A stretch of DNA of 63,354 nucleotides, filler included, from Sphacelaria rigidula (GCA_964200075.2; 10 parts of 10 records of this genome joined end to end with filler, not necessarily neighbours in it), one strand, 5' to 3'. Counted from the first letter of the whole stretch, positions 37,915-50,338 are shown. Numbers and translations: made by a program. Notes: a model not told the origin generated them from the sequence alone.

Positions 37915-37975
37915 GGGGGGGTGTACTCATGATCATGCTTGCCATAGTCATATGACCATTGACCTCGCATCCCTA
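37915..37975 (-). mobile_element. Family Z (type 1) 3' end at contig end
   Basis: (G)nTGTACTCATGATCATGCTTGCCATAGTCATATGACCATTGACCTCGCATCCC. Confidence 0.75.
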
Positions 37976-38075
37976 NNNNNNNNNNNNNNNNNNNNNNNNN
38001 NNNNNNNNNNNNNNNNNNNTTAATTAATTAANNNNNNNNNNNNNNNNNNNNNNNNNNNNNNNNNNNNNNNNNNNN
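37976..38075. other. Artificial contig linker
   Basis: 44 N + TTAATTAATTAA + 44 N. Confidence 0.99.
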
Positions 38076-38875
38076 CCACTGTTTCATGCATATGCAGGAC
38101 ACGTCATTCCTACCCAGCCTCGTTGTTCGTTCTGGAGGCCCAGTCCCAAAAGGGTTAACTCCCGCCGTTACGATCGCCTTGTTGCGGTAGTCTAGAAAAG
38201 GCGTATTTTTGAGCTTTTCGTCCTGAAAAAATGCAATATTTGACCGAATGTGCCAAAATTGCAAAAACGCGCCACAAGCACAGGTTTCGCACGGAATTGG
38301 CGAGAAACATCGATTGTGGATATGTGCTGCACCCGTGCCTCGAAAAAAACCTGGAACATACGTATTCTCACCTCGTACGGTCATTTCCCCAAAAGCTTCT
38401 GTCTACCGAAACCTGCCTTACCCTAATTAGGCCATATTTCAACAACGTACGTGTTTCGTAGAAATGCTTCCTCCTAATGCCTTTTATTATGTTGATGCTG
38501 GGCATCTGAAAGGAAAATAGTTCCGGAGAACCCCTGACCGGTTTTGACTAAGCAGTTCAAAGCGCGCAGAGGCAGTATATGCGCGGTTTGTCTGCTGGAT
38601 AAAACTGCAAGAAACAGTCAGCGTGCCATCGCTCTCCACTGAGCACATTTGGCGGCATGCTGCTAATGCCTCTGCTTACTTAGTGTTTCACAACAACACT
38701 GCAGTAGTGGGCGGTCTAACTATTCAGGGGTGTTTTGGGGTTTCCCTCGCGTGCTATTCTTCCATAGACCTCGAAATTGCTAGCGTTTGTAGATTTTGGT
38801 ACAATGAACAGTATCACCCTCGAAACACAGTGCCCGAGTCTGTGTCAGGTGGTGCTATCGGGAGATACGAGTAAA

Positions 38876-39131
38876 GACACTTTCTACGATAGCCCCCCTC
38901 CCCCCCCCCCAAACGTGCATGGTTTTGGGAGGCAAAATTTTCACGTAAGTCGAAATGGGAAAAGCCGAGCACAACCAGCAGCTGGGAATTCTCACGACTG
39001 GGTTCGTTCTAGCCAGTATTGCCAATATGAGGCGCTTCATGCAGCCTGAACCTAAGCATCAGGCGCTGTATGCTCATTTTTTTCGTGACACTTTTGGCTG
39101 GTTTTGGGGGGGGGCTATCGTAGACAGTGTC
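38876..39131 (+). mobile_element. MITE family M2 (256 bp)
   Basis: TIR GACACTTTCTACGATAGCCCCCC / GGGGGGCTATCGTAGACAGTGTC; 4-bp TSD TAAA. Confidence 0.9.
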
Positions 39132-40611
39132 TAAATACCTCGTTTATTATGAGGGTGTTATTGACCGTACAGCACAGTTTTTCGGCTCTAGTGCAATGAG
39201 TAGGTAGAATTAAAAAAAAAAAAACATTTCTTCACAAATATGATCGGGACAGGCTCGATCGACCGGAAAAACCATGGAGTAAGAATCTGGGCTGAAACGT
39301 GGCAGGACCCCCGATGACCGTTAAGCCCGTAAGCACTCAAAATTGAGTATAGATGACTTTTTGTTCTCCGAATGTGGAGCGGATTCAAGTATCTCCAGAT
39401 CACCAATGTGATAAGTGGTGGCAAACGAAAAGAGCCCAAGTAAATTGCCAATTACAAAAAAAATCACAAAATGCCACAAAATGAATAGTCGGACCGCCCA
39501 CACTGTACAGACGGTGTGAAGCTATGACGGCAACACATGAGGCGTCAGACAGGGCACAGGCTACGAGCAGGCCACGGGACACGTTATTTGTGCCCATCTA
39601 TTTCATGATTGACTTGTGACGACCGAAATGAGGAATGCCCCGAGACAGCGAAGTAGCCCACCTGCCGGGGAACCACGTGCTTATTTTGACGGCCTTGATT
39701 GGTCAGAAAGGTCATTCCATGCCTCTTGGGTGTCGTTTTCGGCTTAGAATCTTCCGCGGAAAACTTCCAAGCACACATGTTTGGTTCGGTGAACTTCCCT
39801 GCTGCTCTGCGGACAGACACGTCCCTACCCCCACCCACTGGAAACCCCTGAATTTATCCGAATTATCCGCCCGTGAAACTGTTCCGAGGCGACGCTCGCT
39901 GTCTAAGGGTTAACCCGACGCCTTGGTAAGATGGACGGACAAATGTATCACGCGTACCCTCGGGTGGCATTTCTACCCCGACATCAACAACGCGAGCACG
40001 TTCGCAATAGCATTGGATTGTCTGGAGGGACACACTGTCCGACCCCGTTTTTTTTCCCGCCCGCTTGTTTTTTCTTCGCATCCACACGAGTGGACACGAA
40101 ACTCAGTACCATCGACATAACGTATACATGCCCATGGAATATGTGACTTCACTACTGACGTAGCGTGCCGAGCAGGGCAAGCTAGTTGTGCTACAGGCCT
40201 TTCTCATTGCGCGGCATACCGCTGTGTTGTAAGAAGCATCGCGCTGATACTATTTTGCGGGTTTAAAAATTAGAAACGTCTGTCCTCCATGCGTTGTGTT
40301 TTGGTCGCCAAATATTCACACGTCTGACTTGGGCACTCACGTACATCTACTGTTCGCTACGTGGTTGGCGCTAGTAGACTCGTATTTCGCTTGTCTATCC
40401 GCGCTATCAGCCGATCGCGAAGATTTAGCCCCGTCGGTGGTTGTTCCATAGCACGTTGATCCTCTAATGATTACACGTCCCGTGTGTTGTGCATCCATTG
40501 CAGTGCACTATTACTCTTTGCGTGAGTAGTTGACACTGCTAGACCTATGATCCGACCGCTCATCCGTCCGTGGTCTCTCTTGATTGCCCCAAAACCACAC
40601 GCCATGAGCAG

Positions 40612-42837
40612 GAGGTCCGTCGAGAGCAAGACGAGCTTCGACGACAGCGAGAGGCCCGCTGGAGCGCCTGCGAGCCCTTACCTTCAGCAAAAGGACAAAA
40701 AGCGGGAGTTACTGCAACTTGCCCAGAAGTTCGAGAGGCACTTGGATTGGTCGGAGCCGAATCCGCCGTTGCTACTGGTGGCAGCGGCAGTGGTGGTGGT
40801 TGGGGCACTCTGCACTCTACTATCGTTGCAGCCGCCAATGTCGCGTCGACCAAAGTTCGTGGTGTTGCTAGTAGTGGTGGTGCGCGGAATGGAACAGCGG
40901 GAGTAAGGGTGAACAGCAGCGGCAGTCGTGAGCGCTCAAGTTGCAACGGGGCTAGTGGTCTTGGTGGCAACGCAGCGGAGGCCGGAGACGAAGGGAAGAA
41001 CGCCGGGACGGAAGGTGAAACAGAGCTGCCTTTTGAAGGCGAGAAAACGGACGGCGGTGAAGGTGACGAGAGTGGTGGTGGTGCCGCAGTGCGTGCCGTA
41101 AATGCGACCGCCGAAACTGTGGATATGGACGTGGAGAGAGAATCAGAAGAGGAGGAGGAACAGGGAGTGGAGCATGAGTTAGACGAGGCGGGGGGGGGAG
41201 AGGAGGAAGAGGAGGAAAAAAGGCATGAAAGTGATGGAGAAGAGGATGGTGGGTGCCCAGAAAAAAAAAAAACGCCCATCAAACAAATAAAAAAAATCAA
41301 CAAAATTCCCAAGATTCCGGCCATACACGACACCGCTACCCCTTTTAAGTACTCTCCGCATACTCGCAGCCGCAACGGGGCCACGGCGAAATCGAACACT
41401 ACGATAACCACCCCAATCGTGGTTGAAAAAAAAACTACGCCTAAAAGCGGCGTTTGCGGTGCAGGCAGTTCTTCTGGACCGCGGACAAGACGGGCGGCGG
41501 CCGCCGAGCTGGCCGTGTCGAAGGTGCAAAACCTGGAGTCAATAACGAAGACAGGGGGAAACGACCAAGTTTACGAGGGTGGTGAAATGGACTACGTCAA
41601 GGCGCGAACGCCTCCAAACGGGGAGATTTTGAGCACGGAAGATGATGGTGTGGATGCGCACGGTAGCGATGACGGATACGAGGGTGGGGGCGAAACACAT
41701 GAAAGGAGGGAAAATGTGGGTGACTCTAATTCCACTGAGGGGCCACGAGAGCGTCAAGAAGCTGGCGTGGAAGTCCTGGAGAAGGAGGAGATGGAAGAAG
41801 AGGAGGTACGGAGAAATTTGGAAGCTTCGGCGGCGGTAGTGGTGACGCCGCCGACACCGCATGCAGAAAAAAAGAATGGCCTCGGTGTGGTATCGTCATC
41901 GCCCAACGACACCAAGGGAGATGAAGAACCAGGAGGTGATGATATCAACCAAGGACAAGCAAGATATGCGGTTTCTGGTCTATCAGAGCAACGTAGAGAC
42001 AAGCAGATAGACCCAGAACCCACGGGATCGTCTGAAGGGGGAACGATGGACGATCGCCTGCAGCCGTCTGCATCGCTCGAGCTTCGTGTAGAAGCCTCCT
42101 CGGGTCACTCGGTGATAGCAACGGCAGTTACACCGCCGGAGGTTGAGGAACAGGAGAAGGAGGACCAAGCGCAGGTGGAACATCGTAACGGCTGTAGCTT
42201 GGGCGGGGATGCGATCGGAGCGTCCAATAGGATGAAGGAACGGAGTTGTTCAAACACGGAGAAGCAAGTCGAGCCCTCTGACCAACAACTAGTGTCGCAG
42301 ACAGTAGTGATGTCAAAGGAAGCTCCTTCGTCATCTTCGCCAGCATCATCGATGCAAGCCATTTCGCCATCGAAAGAGAATTCTTCTGCTGCTGGTGTTG
42401 ATACCAGCAGTTCAGCGGCGGTGGCGGGCGGGTGCGGAAGCGGGAACAATATGACCACCGTCGATCTACGGGCAAAACTGCAAGGTCTCACTCGAAACAG
42501 CACCCACACCAACGGTGTCGATCAAGGTTGTCAAGATCGCGTCGAAGACGCAAGCACTCACAGAAATATCAAGAAACGAACGGTGGCCGTTACAAGTAGT
42601 GGTGGTGCGGCTGTACCCGCTAGAAGGGATCCTGGTGTGGTGGGAAGAGCTAGCAAGCGGGAGTTGATGGGGGGCAGAGAACCTCAGTCAGATTGGTCTG
42701 CAGTTGCTATTCCAGCCGAGGTGGAGCAGTTTCCGTTCGTTTTTTCGCCCAATTCGGCCGACGGTGACCGAGAGGACCCTCTCAGTGTTGGTGGCAGCAG
42801 AGGTGGTGGCGGAACAGTGACGGGTCGGGCGAATTAA
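40612..42837 (+). CDS. Large terminal exon encoding an acidic, Gly/Ser/Glu-rich, probably disordered C-terminus of an unknown protein
   Basis: 755-codon stop-free frame (40570-42837); in-frame GAGCAG acceptor at 40611; starts EVRREQDELRRQREARW. Confidence 0.7.
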   Translation, partial: EVRREQDELRRQREARWSACEPLPSAKGQKAGVTATCPEVREALGLVGAESAVATGGSGSGGGWGTLHSTIVAAANVASTKVRGVASSGGARNGTAGVRVNSSGSRERSSCNGASGLGGNAAEAGDEGKNAGTEGETELPFEGEKTDGGEGDESGGGAAVRAVNATAETVDMDVERESEEEEEQGVEHELDEAGGGEEEEEEKRHESDGEEDGGCPEKKKTPIKQIKKINKIPKIPAIHDTATPFKYSPHTRSRNGATAKSNTTITTPIVVEKKTTPKSGVCGAGSSSGPRTRRAAAAELAVSKVQNLESITKTGGNDQVYEGGEMDYVKARTPPNGEILSTEDDGVDAHGSDDGYEGGGETHERRENVGDSNSTEGPRERQEAGVEVLEKEEMEEEEVRRNLEASAAVVVTPPTPHAEKKNGLGVVSSSPNDTKGDEEPGGDDINQGQARYAVSGLSEQRRDKQIDPEPTGSSEGGTMDDRLQPSASLELRVEASSGHSVIATAVTPPEVEEQEKEDQAQVEHRNGCSLGGDAIGASNRMKERSCSNTEKQVEPSDQQLVSQTVVMSKEAPSSSSPASSMQAISPSKENSSAAGVDTSSSAAVAGGCGSGNNMTTVDLRAKLQGLTRNSTHTNGVDQGCQDRVEDASTHRNIKKRTVAVTSSGGAAVPARRDPGVVGRASKRELMGGREPQSDWSAVAIPAEVEQFPFVFSPNSADGDREDPLSVGGSRGGGGTVTGRAN

Positions 42838-44320
42838 GGGATCGGTGGCGGCTTGGGGTGTGGCGGTGTATACGCTGTCCACCTTGCGTCAATTTCTTAG
42901 CAGGCTTAGATGATAAAGGGGCGATGGGCTTCGGGTCGTTGCAGCAGCACTTGATTTGCGGTGACAGTATTTCACGAGAAGAAGCGGATGCGGTGGGCCA
43001 TCGGCCCTAGATATTTCCAGTGTGTGTTTCGCATCGGCCTGTGTCTTCGGTTATTTTTGGAGGTGCGGTCGATATTTTGGGTACCGAAGCTTCCGGCCAT
43101 GTGAGGCATGCGGATTTGAAGCTGGACTTGCCACGGGTGCTGCCCAGTGCCGTTGTTTTCCAAGTACTGCCCTCGCACTGCAATGATTGGCAATGTTTTT
43201 TCCTAGCTGCTTCAAAAAGACCCCCTCCCCCCCGCGAAGATGCCTGAATATGAAGTGAAAATAGGGATGTGTGATGCTTGGTTCAAGAAGGCTTCATTTT
43301 CATTATATGGGTTAGGTGACGCAAATAAAAATCCGTCAGTGGTATTTCAACATGCAAATGTCCCGAATTGTAATGGTTTATCGCAACGATGCGGTACATT
43401 CGCAATAAGAAGCATTAGCGGTATGACACTACGATCAGTTTGGTGATTTATCCATATTTACCGCCCCGTGCCCACATGGGCACGTTTCCGGATGGGGGGG
43501 GGGGGCTCATGTTGGAATATTTTCACGTGTTTCGTCATGTACCAACGGAGTTTCCCCTCATGCTTTGTATGTATGTCCGATAGGTTGAGTTTCCGTGCAG
43601 CGCGTTGGTTGGCCGAGTTTTTTGTTCTGTTATTAGCCGGGTGGGGGACAATCTCTGATGGATTTTAGAACTATGGAATATTTGGCGGTCAGCTGTAGAG
43701 GGGGCGCAACGGGTTGTTGCTGATAATACTTTCGGTGCTTGCCCTTGGGTTTGTACATCTTTGTGAGTGGTCGGCCATCACCTTGTATGACGATTGCATG
43801 TCAAAACATTATATCTTCCATGTTTTGGCTGTATTGGGCGATAGTTTGTTCGAGAATAAAAATGGGCGCGAGGTTTGGTCGAAAGTTGTTCCTGGATACC
43901 TGTGCATACTGAGTTAAGAAACTGCTACCGCTGCCGTGTCTCAAGTAAGACTAACGCTGATGGCAACCCGTGCGTTTCACGCACAATCGACATACCGTCA
44001 CATATCGAAGTTTCTGATTAATTTCAGTGAAAAGAAAAAATATACCTCATTTTTTCGGCCACTTGGGATTGAGGGCGTGTCTTGACATGACAAGTAATTG
44101 AAATCGAATTCGATCGGTCATGCGCGATTTTCCTTGCTGCATTAAGGTTTGGCACTGGGAGCGAAAAAATGGTTCCAAGAAAGACTCTGCCTCCGCGACA
44201 GTGCTCGATAGCCCTGACGATATGGCTCTTCTTTTGCAACCACTGATAACAGCCGATCATCTATGTTGAGGATGGTGCTTTTCATTGAGGATGAGAACCC
44301 GGAGGATTAAAATCTTCGTA

Positions 44321-44420
44321 NNNNNNNNNNNNNNNNNNNNNNNNNNNNNNNNNNNNNNNNNNNNTTAATTAATTAANNNNNNNNNNNNNNNNNNNNNNNN
44401 NNNNNNNNNNNNNNNNNNNN
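44321..44420. other. Artificial contig linker
   Basis: 44 N + TTAATTAATTAA + 44 N. Confidence 0.99.
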
Positions 44421-44899
44421 GTATTAAGGACGCTGGCGCGCGCCAGAGGCGTCTAGAGAGGTGACAGGGTGGGTGTGAGGGTGGGGGGGGGGGGGGGGGG
44501 GGGGGGGGTAGGGTAGTCTTGATGATTGTACAGTACAGTATCATACTGTCTCATCCACCTTGAATCAGTTGTCTTAGAAACAAGGGAAACGTTCTCCTGG
44601 TTATATCACGGGTAAGGGATGGGAGATGCCTACTTGTGCCCACAATTATGGAAAATGATCATTCTCTTTACTTTGATTGACGCTACAGAACATGATCGAC
44701 CATCGTGTCTGAGCACAAGATACGATAATAGTTTCCACAAAAATATCCATGCTGATCATTTCGACATGTATATCGAAACCTTCGACACACCGAAGGTTGG
44801 CACATCTTTAGCCTGGTTCAATTTCCCCCACACTCTGTAATAGCAGAGAGGTCTACTGAACGCCAAATACTGAGTACTACTCAGTAAATACTGGCTTAC

Positions 44900-44995
44900 A
44901 TCATCCGCTTCTTGAAGGAATCTCCCAATCCGCTGCGCATCCAGCTCCACCATGACCACCTGCGGCTTCACCTCGCGCACTACATTTTCCACCAA
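44900..44995 (-). CDS. TraB/PrgY/GumN family protein, exon c
   Basis: LVENVVREVKPQVVMVELDAQRIGRFLQEADD (P..V.VELD..R motif); 96 bp, phase 0-0, GTAAGC donor. Confidence 0.9.
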
Positions 44996-45030
44996 CTTCA
45001 GCAGAACGGTCCACGGCGGTTGTTACAACG

Positions 45031-45103
45031 AGAGACACGAGACACGAGACACGAGACACGAGACACAGGACACGGAACACGGGACACGGGACACGAGACA
45101 CGA
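45031..45103. repeat. Heptanucleotide microsatellite (GACACGA)n
   Basis: About ten degenerate units just upstream of the TraB exon c acceptor. Confidence 0.9.
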
Positions 45104-47133
45104 ACGGAGAGCCAGGGGGGAAAACGACGGAAGCAACGGCTCCCATATGTGAGCACGCCATGATTAGCTCTACTATATTGCCCGTTGGCCTCGTCATTTA
45201 GTTCTTTCAACCAAGCCTTTCCAGGTTGGAAGCCTCTGAATACAATCGCCTTAAAGGGTACAAACGCACACACACACGCACGCACGCACAGCGCAACGAA
45301 ACGAAACGAAACATGACGTGACGCAGGGAAGTGACCCTCCGCGCTCTCCGCCATGAAAACGCGGCGTCGGCGATCACGCGCCCTCAAAGTGCAACCGTAA
45401 TTGCTTTGTTTCGCTGTTCCCCCGTGTTGCTTCCTGGATATCCGTCCACTCGTGTCGATAGCGATACAAATGTAGTATTCGTGGCGTGTGGAATAAGGCC
45501 AACGGGAGCTTAACGAATTCTCAAGAGAGGAACATATACCCGGAGACTATTAACCCTGACCCATGAACGGTGTAGCTCGTGGATGGCGACGCGACGCTGT
45601 GCATGGGTATACTTGGGACAAGGACACGTACCTTACGGTGCTCTACACTATTCTGACGATTTCGTGAGATTCCAGCAAACAATCAACGTCGTGCAGGAGC
45701 CCGAATCTCGAACCTATACATTCGGGAAATCCTGATTTTCGACGAAAACAGCGGTCACCTCACATCTAACGGAAAATTATCACCATTACGCGCGGTAGCA
45801 ACTCCACCTCCGACCATATCTTGAGACTATCCACTGTCACCAACACACATAGGCCAATGTAGAACCGATCCATGGTCCATCATCAGTTCATGTATCCAAA
45901 GTGACCACCAGCACGACCAATACCAATTGTCATCATTTTCACTGAATTCGCGTATTTTTTAGAGCTCGGAAATGGTACCAGTTATAACTGGCCATTATCA
46001 TTATTATGGTAATAATGGTAATGGGTACGTGAAAAAAATGGATAATGGCTTAAACCCTTATATACTGTTACCGGCTTGAAAAGCCGTTACCGAGTACGTA
46101 TGCTACATACAGCCCCCGAAATCGGCCCAATTTTGACGCATTTTTTAGCTCTAGTGAAGCCAATTCGCGTAAAACTGTGCCTCCGGCACGGCGCCTCCGG
46201 CGGGGCCCTCCGAGGGGGGGCTTTTTGGCTCGCGGCCGCGCCGCTCGATGGCCGAAACCATCATGTACCATTTGACTGGTTCATGGGTTCGCTACGCGTG
46301 ACCATTCCACTGCTTAATGGTTAGACAAACCATTTCCGACCTCTAGTATTTTCATTATGGTCATTTTCCAACGTTCTCGCATGTCGTTGCCCCCCATTTG
46401 ATCGTCGTGTGGTCGAAGCGCTGCTCCTCGGAGCGGAGCAGCAACAAGCTTCCTTGACAGGAGATGAGGAGCACAAGCTAAGGCCTCTTGCACTGAAGTA
46501 GCCCGCTGAGTTTTTTTTTAATAGCGGAAGTCCGGACTTCGATTCAAATGGACTAAACTCCTTGCTAAAACAGCACTCAAGAAAACGCACTGGAAGCCTT
46601 CACGCTTGTGTTCCCGTGCTTGTTCTAAAGCCTTGAACCCCTACACCCCCGAGCCGTTGCCTTCGGGACACTCCCCTATGGGTGAGTTTCAAGGAGAACA
46701 TTAAACCGAAACGCATACGACGTAGTTCGATATAATTCACCACCCGCGCCTAGAGCGCAGCGTTTGGGCCCGGGTTGATGTAATCGCGGCTCATGCCTAC
46801 CACACTCCTCGGGCGGCGGACACCCCGCAAAAAAGTGGGTACAGTAGGCAAAAAATCGAGCGATTAGGGGCCTAGCAGGTGACGGACGACAACATGGTTA
46901 TTCCTACTGGCCGACTCCTCGAAAATTACTCCACCTGTTGCCTTCACATTAAAAACCGTTCCGATACCTGCGCGGTACATTCTTACTGGGCATCTGATGC
47001 GGGACGCCTTCCGTGGTCACAGGCTAGCTACCTATAAAATTGTATGGGGAAATCAAACAAAACCAAAAAAAATAATAATTAGACCTCGATTGAAACTCAC
47101 GAAACGCGATACAAGCGAAAAAGGGATAAGTAC

Positions 47134-47368
47134 CTGAGCGCTGGAATTGGAAATGTGAGCGGTACCCACGAGCCACACTTCAGACTGCTTACTCGGATTT
47201 TGCAAATAAGATATTGTCTCATCGCAGAGAAATGGCCGCTTTCGCTTCGACGCCGGCCGCCTCTGCACAGCAGGAGAGTTTGCTGCCTCTGCTGCACTCG
47301 GTGCAAGAATCCCGCTACATCCTGCTGCTATTCCGGCGACTCCAGCTCCTAGCCCTCGAAGGAGCCCG
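47134..47368 (-). CDS. TraB/PrgY/GumN family protein, exon b
   Basis: GLLRGLGAGVAGIAAGCSGILAPSAAEAA...SEVWLVGTAHISNSSAQ (LVGTAH.S..S motif); phase 2 to 0. Confidence 0.88.
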
Positions 47369-47926
47369 CTGCGAGTTTGCGGCCGGGTGTTCACAATTTT
47401 GACGGTTCGGTTCATCACGTTTCGTCAGATCAGCTTGTGTCGTGTGTGCCATCAACCCGAAAAGCAACGGTCTGGGGGGAAAAGAGGCGATTGCCACGAA
47501 CACATCCCACACAGTTGTATTCGTGATACCATCAGCCAACTGTTTTGCGGTCTCGCCTCGGGGAAAACTCCGTGTCAACCATGTGCTCGTGCAGCAACGG
47601 ACAACAGCAGCCAGCCAGGCAAATCGTAACGTACGTTTGCAACTCCTTTTTTCGTTATACTCCACTGGGAGCAGTCCGCCCGCGTTGTGTGATATGACAA
47701 CACCTTAACTTCTGTGCAGCTTGGTGAGTTGGGAAGGAGAAGTCCGTCGCGCGACTTCGGATTGCACTCGGCAAACGCCTCCGGAGTATCGCGCCGTTCA
47801 ATCACTGGTCGTACTCTAGACGAGCCACCGTAGACTCGATGATTCCCGGTTTTAATTCACAGCGTCCGACACGTCCGAAAATTTCTGTTCCGATTTCCCT
47901 CGGTTGCTATACCCTCTTACGCTCAC

Positions 47927-48118
47927 CGTCGGTCTAGCGGGCCTGCGTCGGCGCTCATGGCGACTGCTGTCGCTGTGGCTGCTGCTCGGGAGCTGTGGTC
48001 GGCATCAGAAGATAGTGCGCGTGCCTGCCCTGTCGTGGTCAAGCCCAATAGGGAAGGTATCTCCCCGCCTGTGTGCCATGCTGACCATGATGTTGATGCA
48101 GCGAAGGACGACGCGGGC
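47927..48118 (-). CDS. TraB family protein, exon a (plastid transit-peptide-like)
   Basis: GGCAG acceptor, CG|GTGAGC donor, phase 2-2, in frame with exon b; PASSFAASTSWS...RAAATATAVAMSADAGPLDR(R). Confidence 0.7.
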
Positions 48119-49740
48119 CTGCCGAAGTCAAGATGCAACGGAGTATGATCGTTTATCACAACAGTGTCTGGATCTCAGTTCACGCGAAGTTCAGACGATC
48201 TCTCAAGTTTTATTTACTTGAGCTCAGTGTCTAGAACTGCCTTAATTGCTCTCACCATTAGGGCGCGCAGCCATCAAATACTAGAGCTTGCTTCATGGGC
48301 TACATTTAGAATTGCCCTCGAAGTGGCCATCCATGTCTCGAGTGGCTCACATTCACAACTATTTGCAGCGAAAGTCCGAGTAATACGGTAGGAACGGTGC
48401 CGCGCTGCAGTTAGTACTCGAGTACAGCCTAGCTCGACCCGGAGCGACGCGGGCTCATCACGGGAAAATCTCAAAAAGTTGAAACGCGCCTTTTGTGAAA
48501 CACATGTGCTCGATATTGACAACAAGAGGAAGGCAACATCGTGATCGCAAGGAGGGCTACGGGCTGTTGGTTCCTCATAAAAACAACGATTTGGAACAAA
48601 TGCAGCTTTTCATGCAGAGAGAAGTCCGTACCAATATATAGATGTAGATATAGATATAGATATAGATATATATCCATAAATACATATCGATATTCAACAG
48701 CTGCCTCGTGTCTTTTCATATTTTGTTTTGCAGAACATGGTACAAAACGTTATTTTTCAACGTTTCACACCCGCTGGATGCGTCAACAACTTGAAGATCG
48801 TGGCTGTTCATCACACGGGTGCTTTCCATTCTCCACGACTCGTAATAATATTCGTGAGGGTGTTTGGCCATTTCGGAGCATTTTCCTTGACTTGAATGTA
48901 GATATGTCTCAATTCCACACGCAACATAGAACCATTTAGACCATTTTATATTTTGTGTCATGATGTTGCGCATGCGAATGTGTAAAGTGTCAAGCCCTTA
49001 CCCGTCATCTCCGTGGGGAGACACGTGGTGAAATATCGAGTATTTTCACCAGCATAGTTCCAAAACGTTTTGGTTTGAAAGAAATGTGATATTATACTGC
49101 TCCCGTTCTATCCCTTCAGGATTTTCGTGAGCCTCGAGGCCAAATTTCGCGCACTCGCCTGCCATTGACAACACGAAATCGCGAATTTGATACATCTCTG
49201 ATTTCATAGGCACATCTCCAGATATTCCAACGTCCAGAACACGAATTCATTCGATCCAGAGCTCATCGACTTCCCGACTGTCTTTACTTTTAAAGGCAAG
49301 CAAAAAGGGCGAACATACCCAATTGTTTGTATCTCAAATGCCGCAGGTTGATGCCCACTTTCACATCTCAGCTCGTGGGAAAACACAGAAAATACCCAAA
49401 TTAGCGAAAAACGAATGCTAACTAACCGCGAAGACCTGGAGGTTATTTCGGTTCTGGCTTTCTTGCCCCGTGGTCTGCACGTACGTGGAACACCTGCATG
49501 CGTCAGAGCATCGCATATAGATCTCGTCATACTCTTTGCAACTCATTTGGTACCGACGGTTATTGGTGAGTTATACCACATTAACTGATCACCTGGGAAT
49601 CCAAGCGTGGTCACAAGATATAACCGTCGTGAGTACCCAAAGTGGACAGACGGGAAAAACACTCGCCACAGGAGGTCCGTTCACCACTTGGTGGGTTGAA
49701 AAAAGCTTTCTCGGAAACTTATCGTTTTGAAAAACTTCAA

Positions 49741-49779
49741 CTCTAACCCTGACCCTAACCCTAACCCTAACCCTAACCC
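49741..49779 (+). repeat. Interstitial telomere-type repeat (CCCTAA)n
   Basis: Four perfect units (49753-49776) plus CTCTAA and CCCTGA variants. Confidence 0.9.
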
Positions 49780-50338
49780 CAAGGAAGGCGTGCCGAGAGT
49801 CGTCGGGCTAGGGGTGTGCAAAGGTGTTCCCTAGGCAAAGTATTGGGGATGGCGTTGGCAGACCTCAAATCGGCGCCGATTTCAACAATAACGAGTCCTG
49901 CGCACGCTATTCATAAAGATCCGAATCTCGATGGCCACACTCGAACCAAGCGGGCCAACTACAACCAACCAAGTGGTGAGCTCTACTGTGCCAAAGGAAC
50001 TTCGACAATGAGACGGAGAACGAACGAAATAAACCATAGAAAGAGAAAGGTACAACACACAGACACACGCACACACACACACGAAAGAGGGGGAAAGAAG
50101 AACAAGAGGAAGGGAAGGGAGGAAATTTTATTTGCATTTACCCCGAGGCAGAAATCCCAGACCACAGAGCACCAAGCACGGCACCATCATTAGTCTGGAA
50201 GCATGCGTTGACCACGTACAACGTTCCATCCAGCACTGTACCTTGCGGCCGGTTAGCAACTAGCGATCAACGGGTCTGACAGACCGAAACGGAGACTGGT
50301 GAACCTGCACAACGACAGTACTTTAGTACAGACAGCAC

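Noticed and set aside
40560..42512. Long antisense ORFs opposite the 755-codon frame
   Set aside because: Shadow ORFs of GC-rich, low-complexity coding sequence.
48240..48580. Candidate signal-peptide first exons for the TraB gene (MKQALVF..., MRNQQPVALLAITML...)
   Set aside because: The first hits a stop before the donor; the second needs a non-canonical GC donor. Neither can be supported without transcripts.
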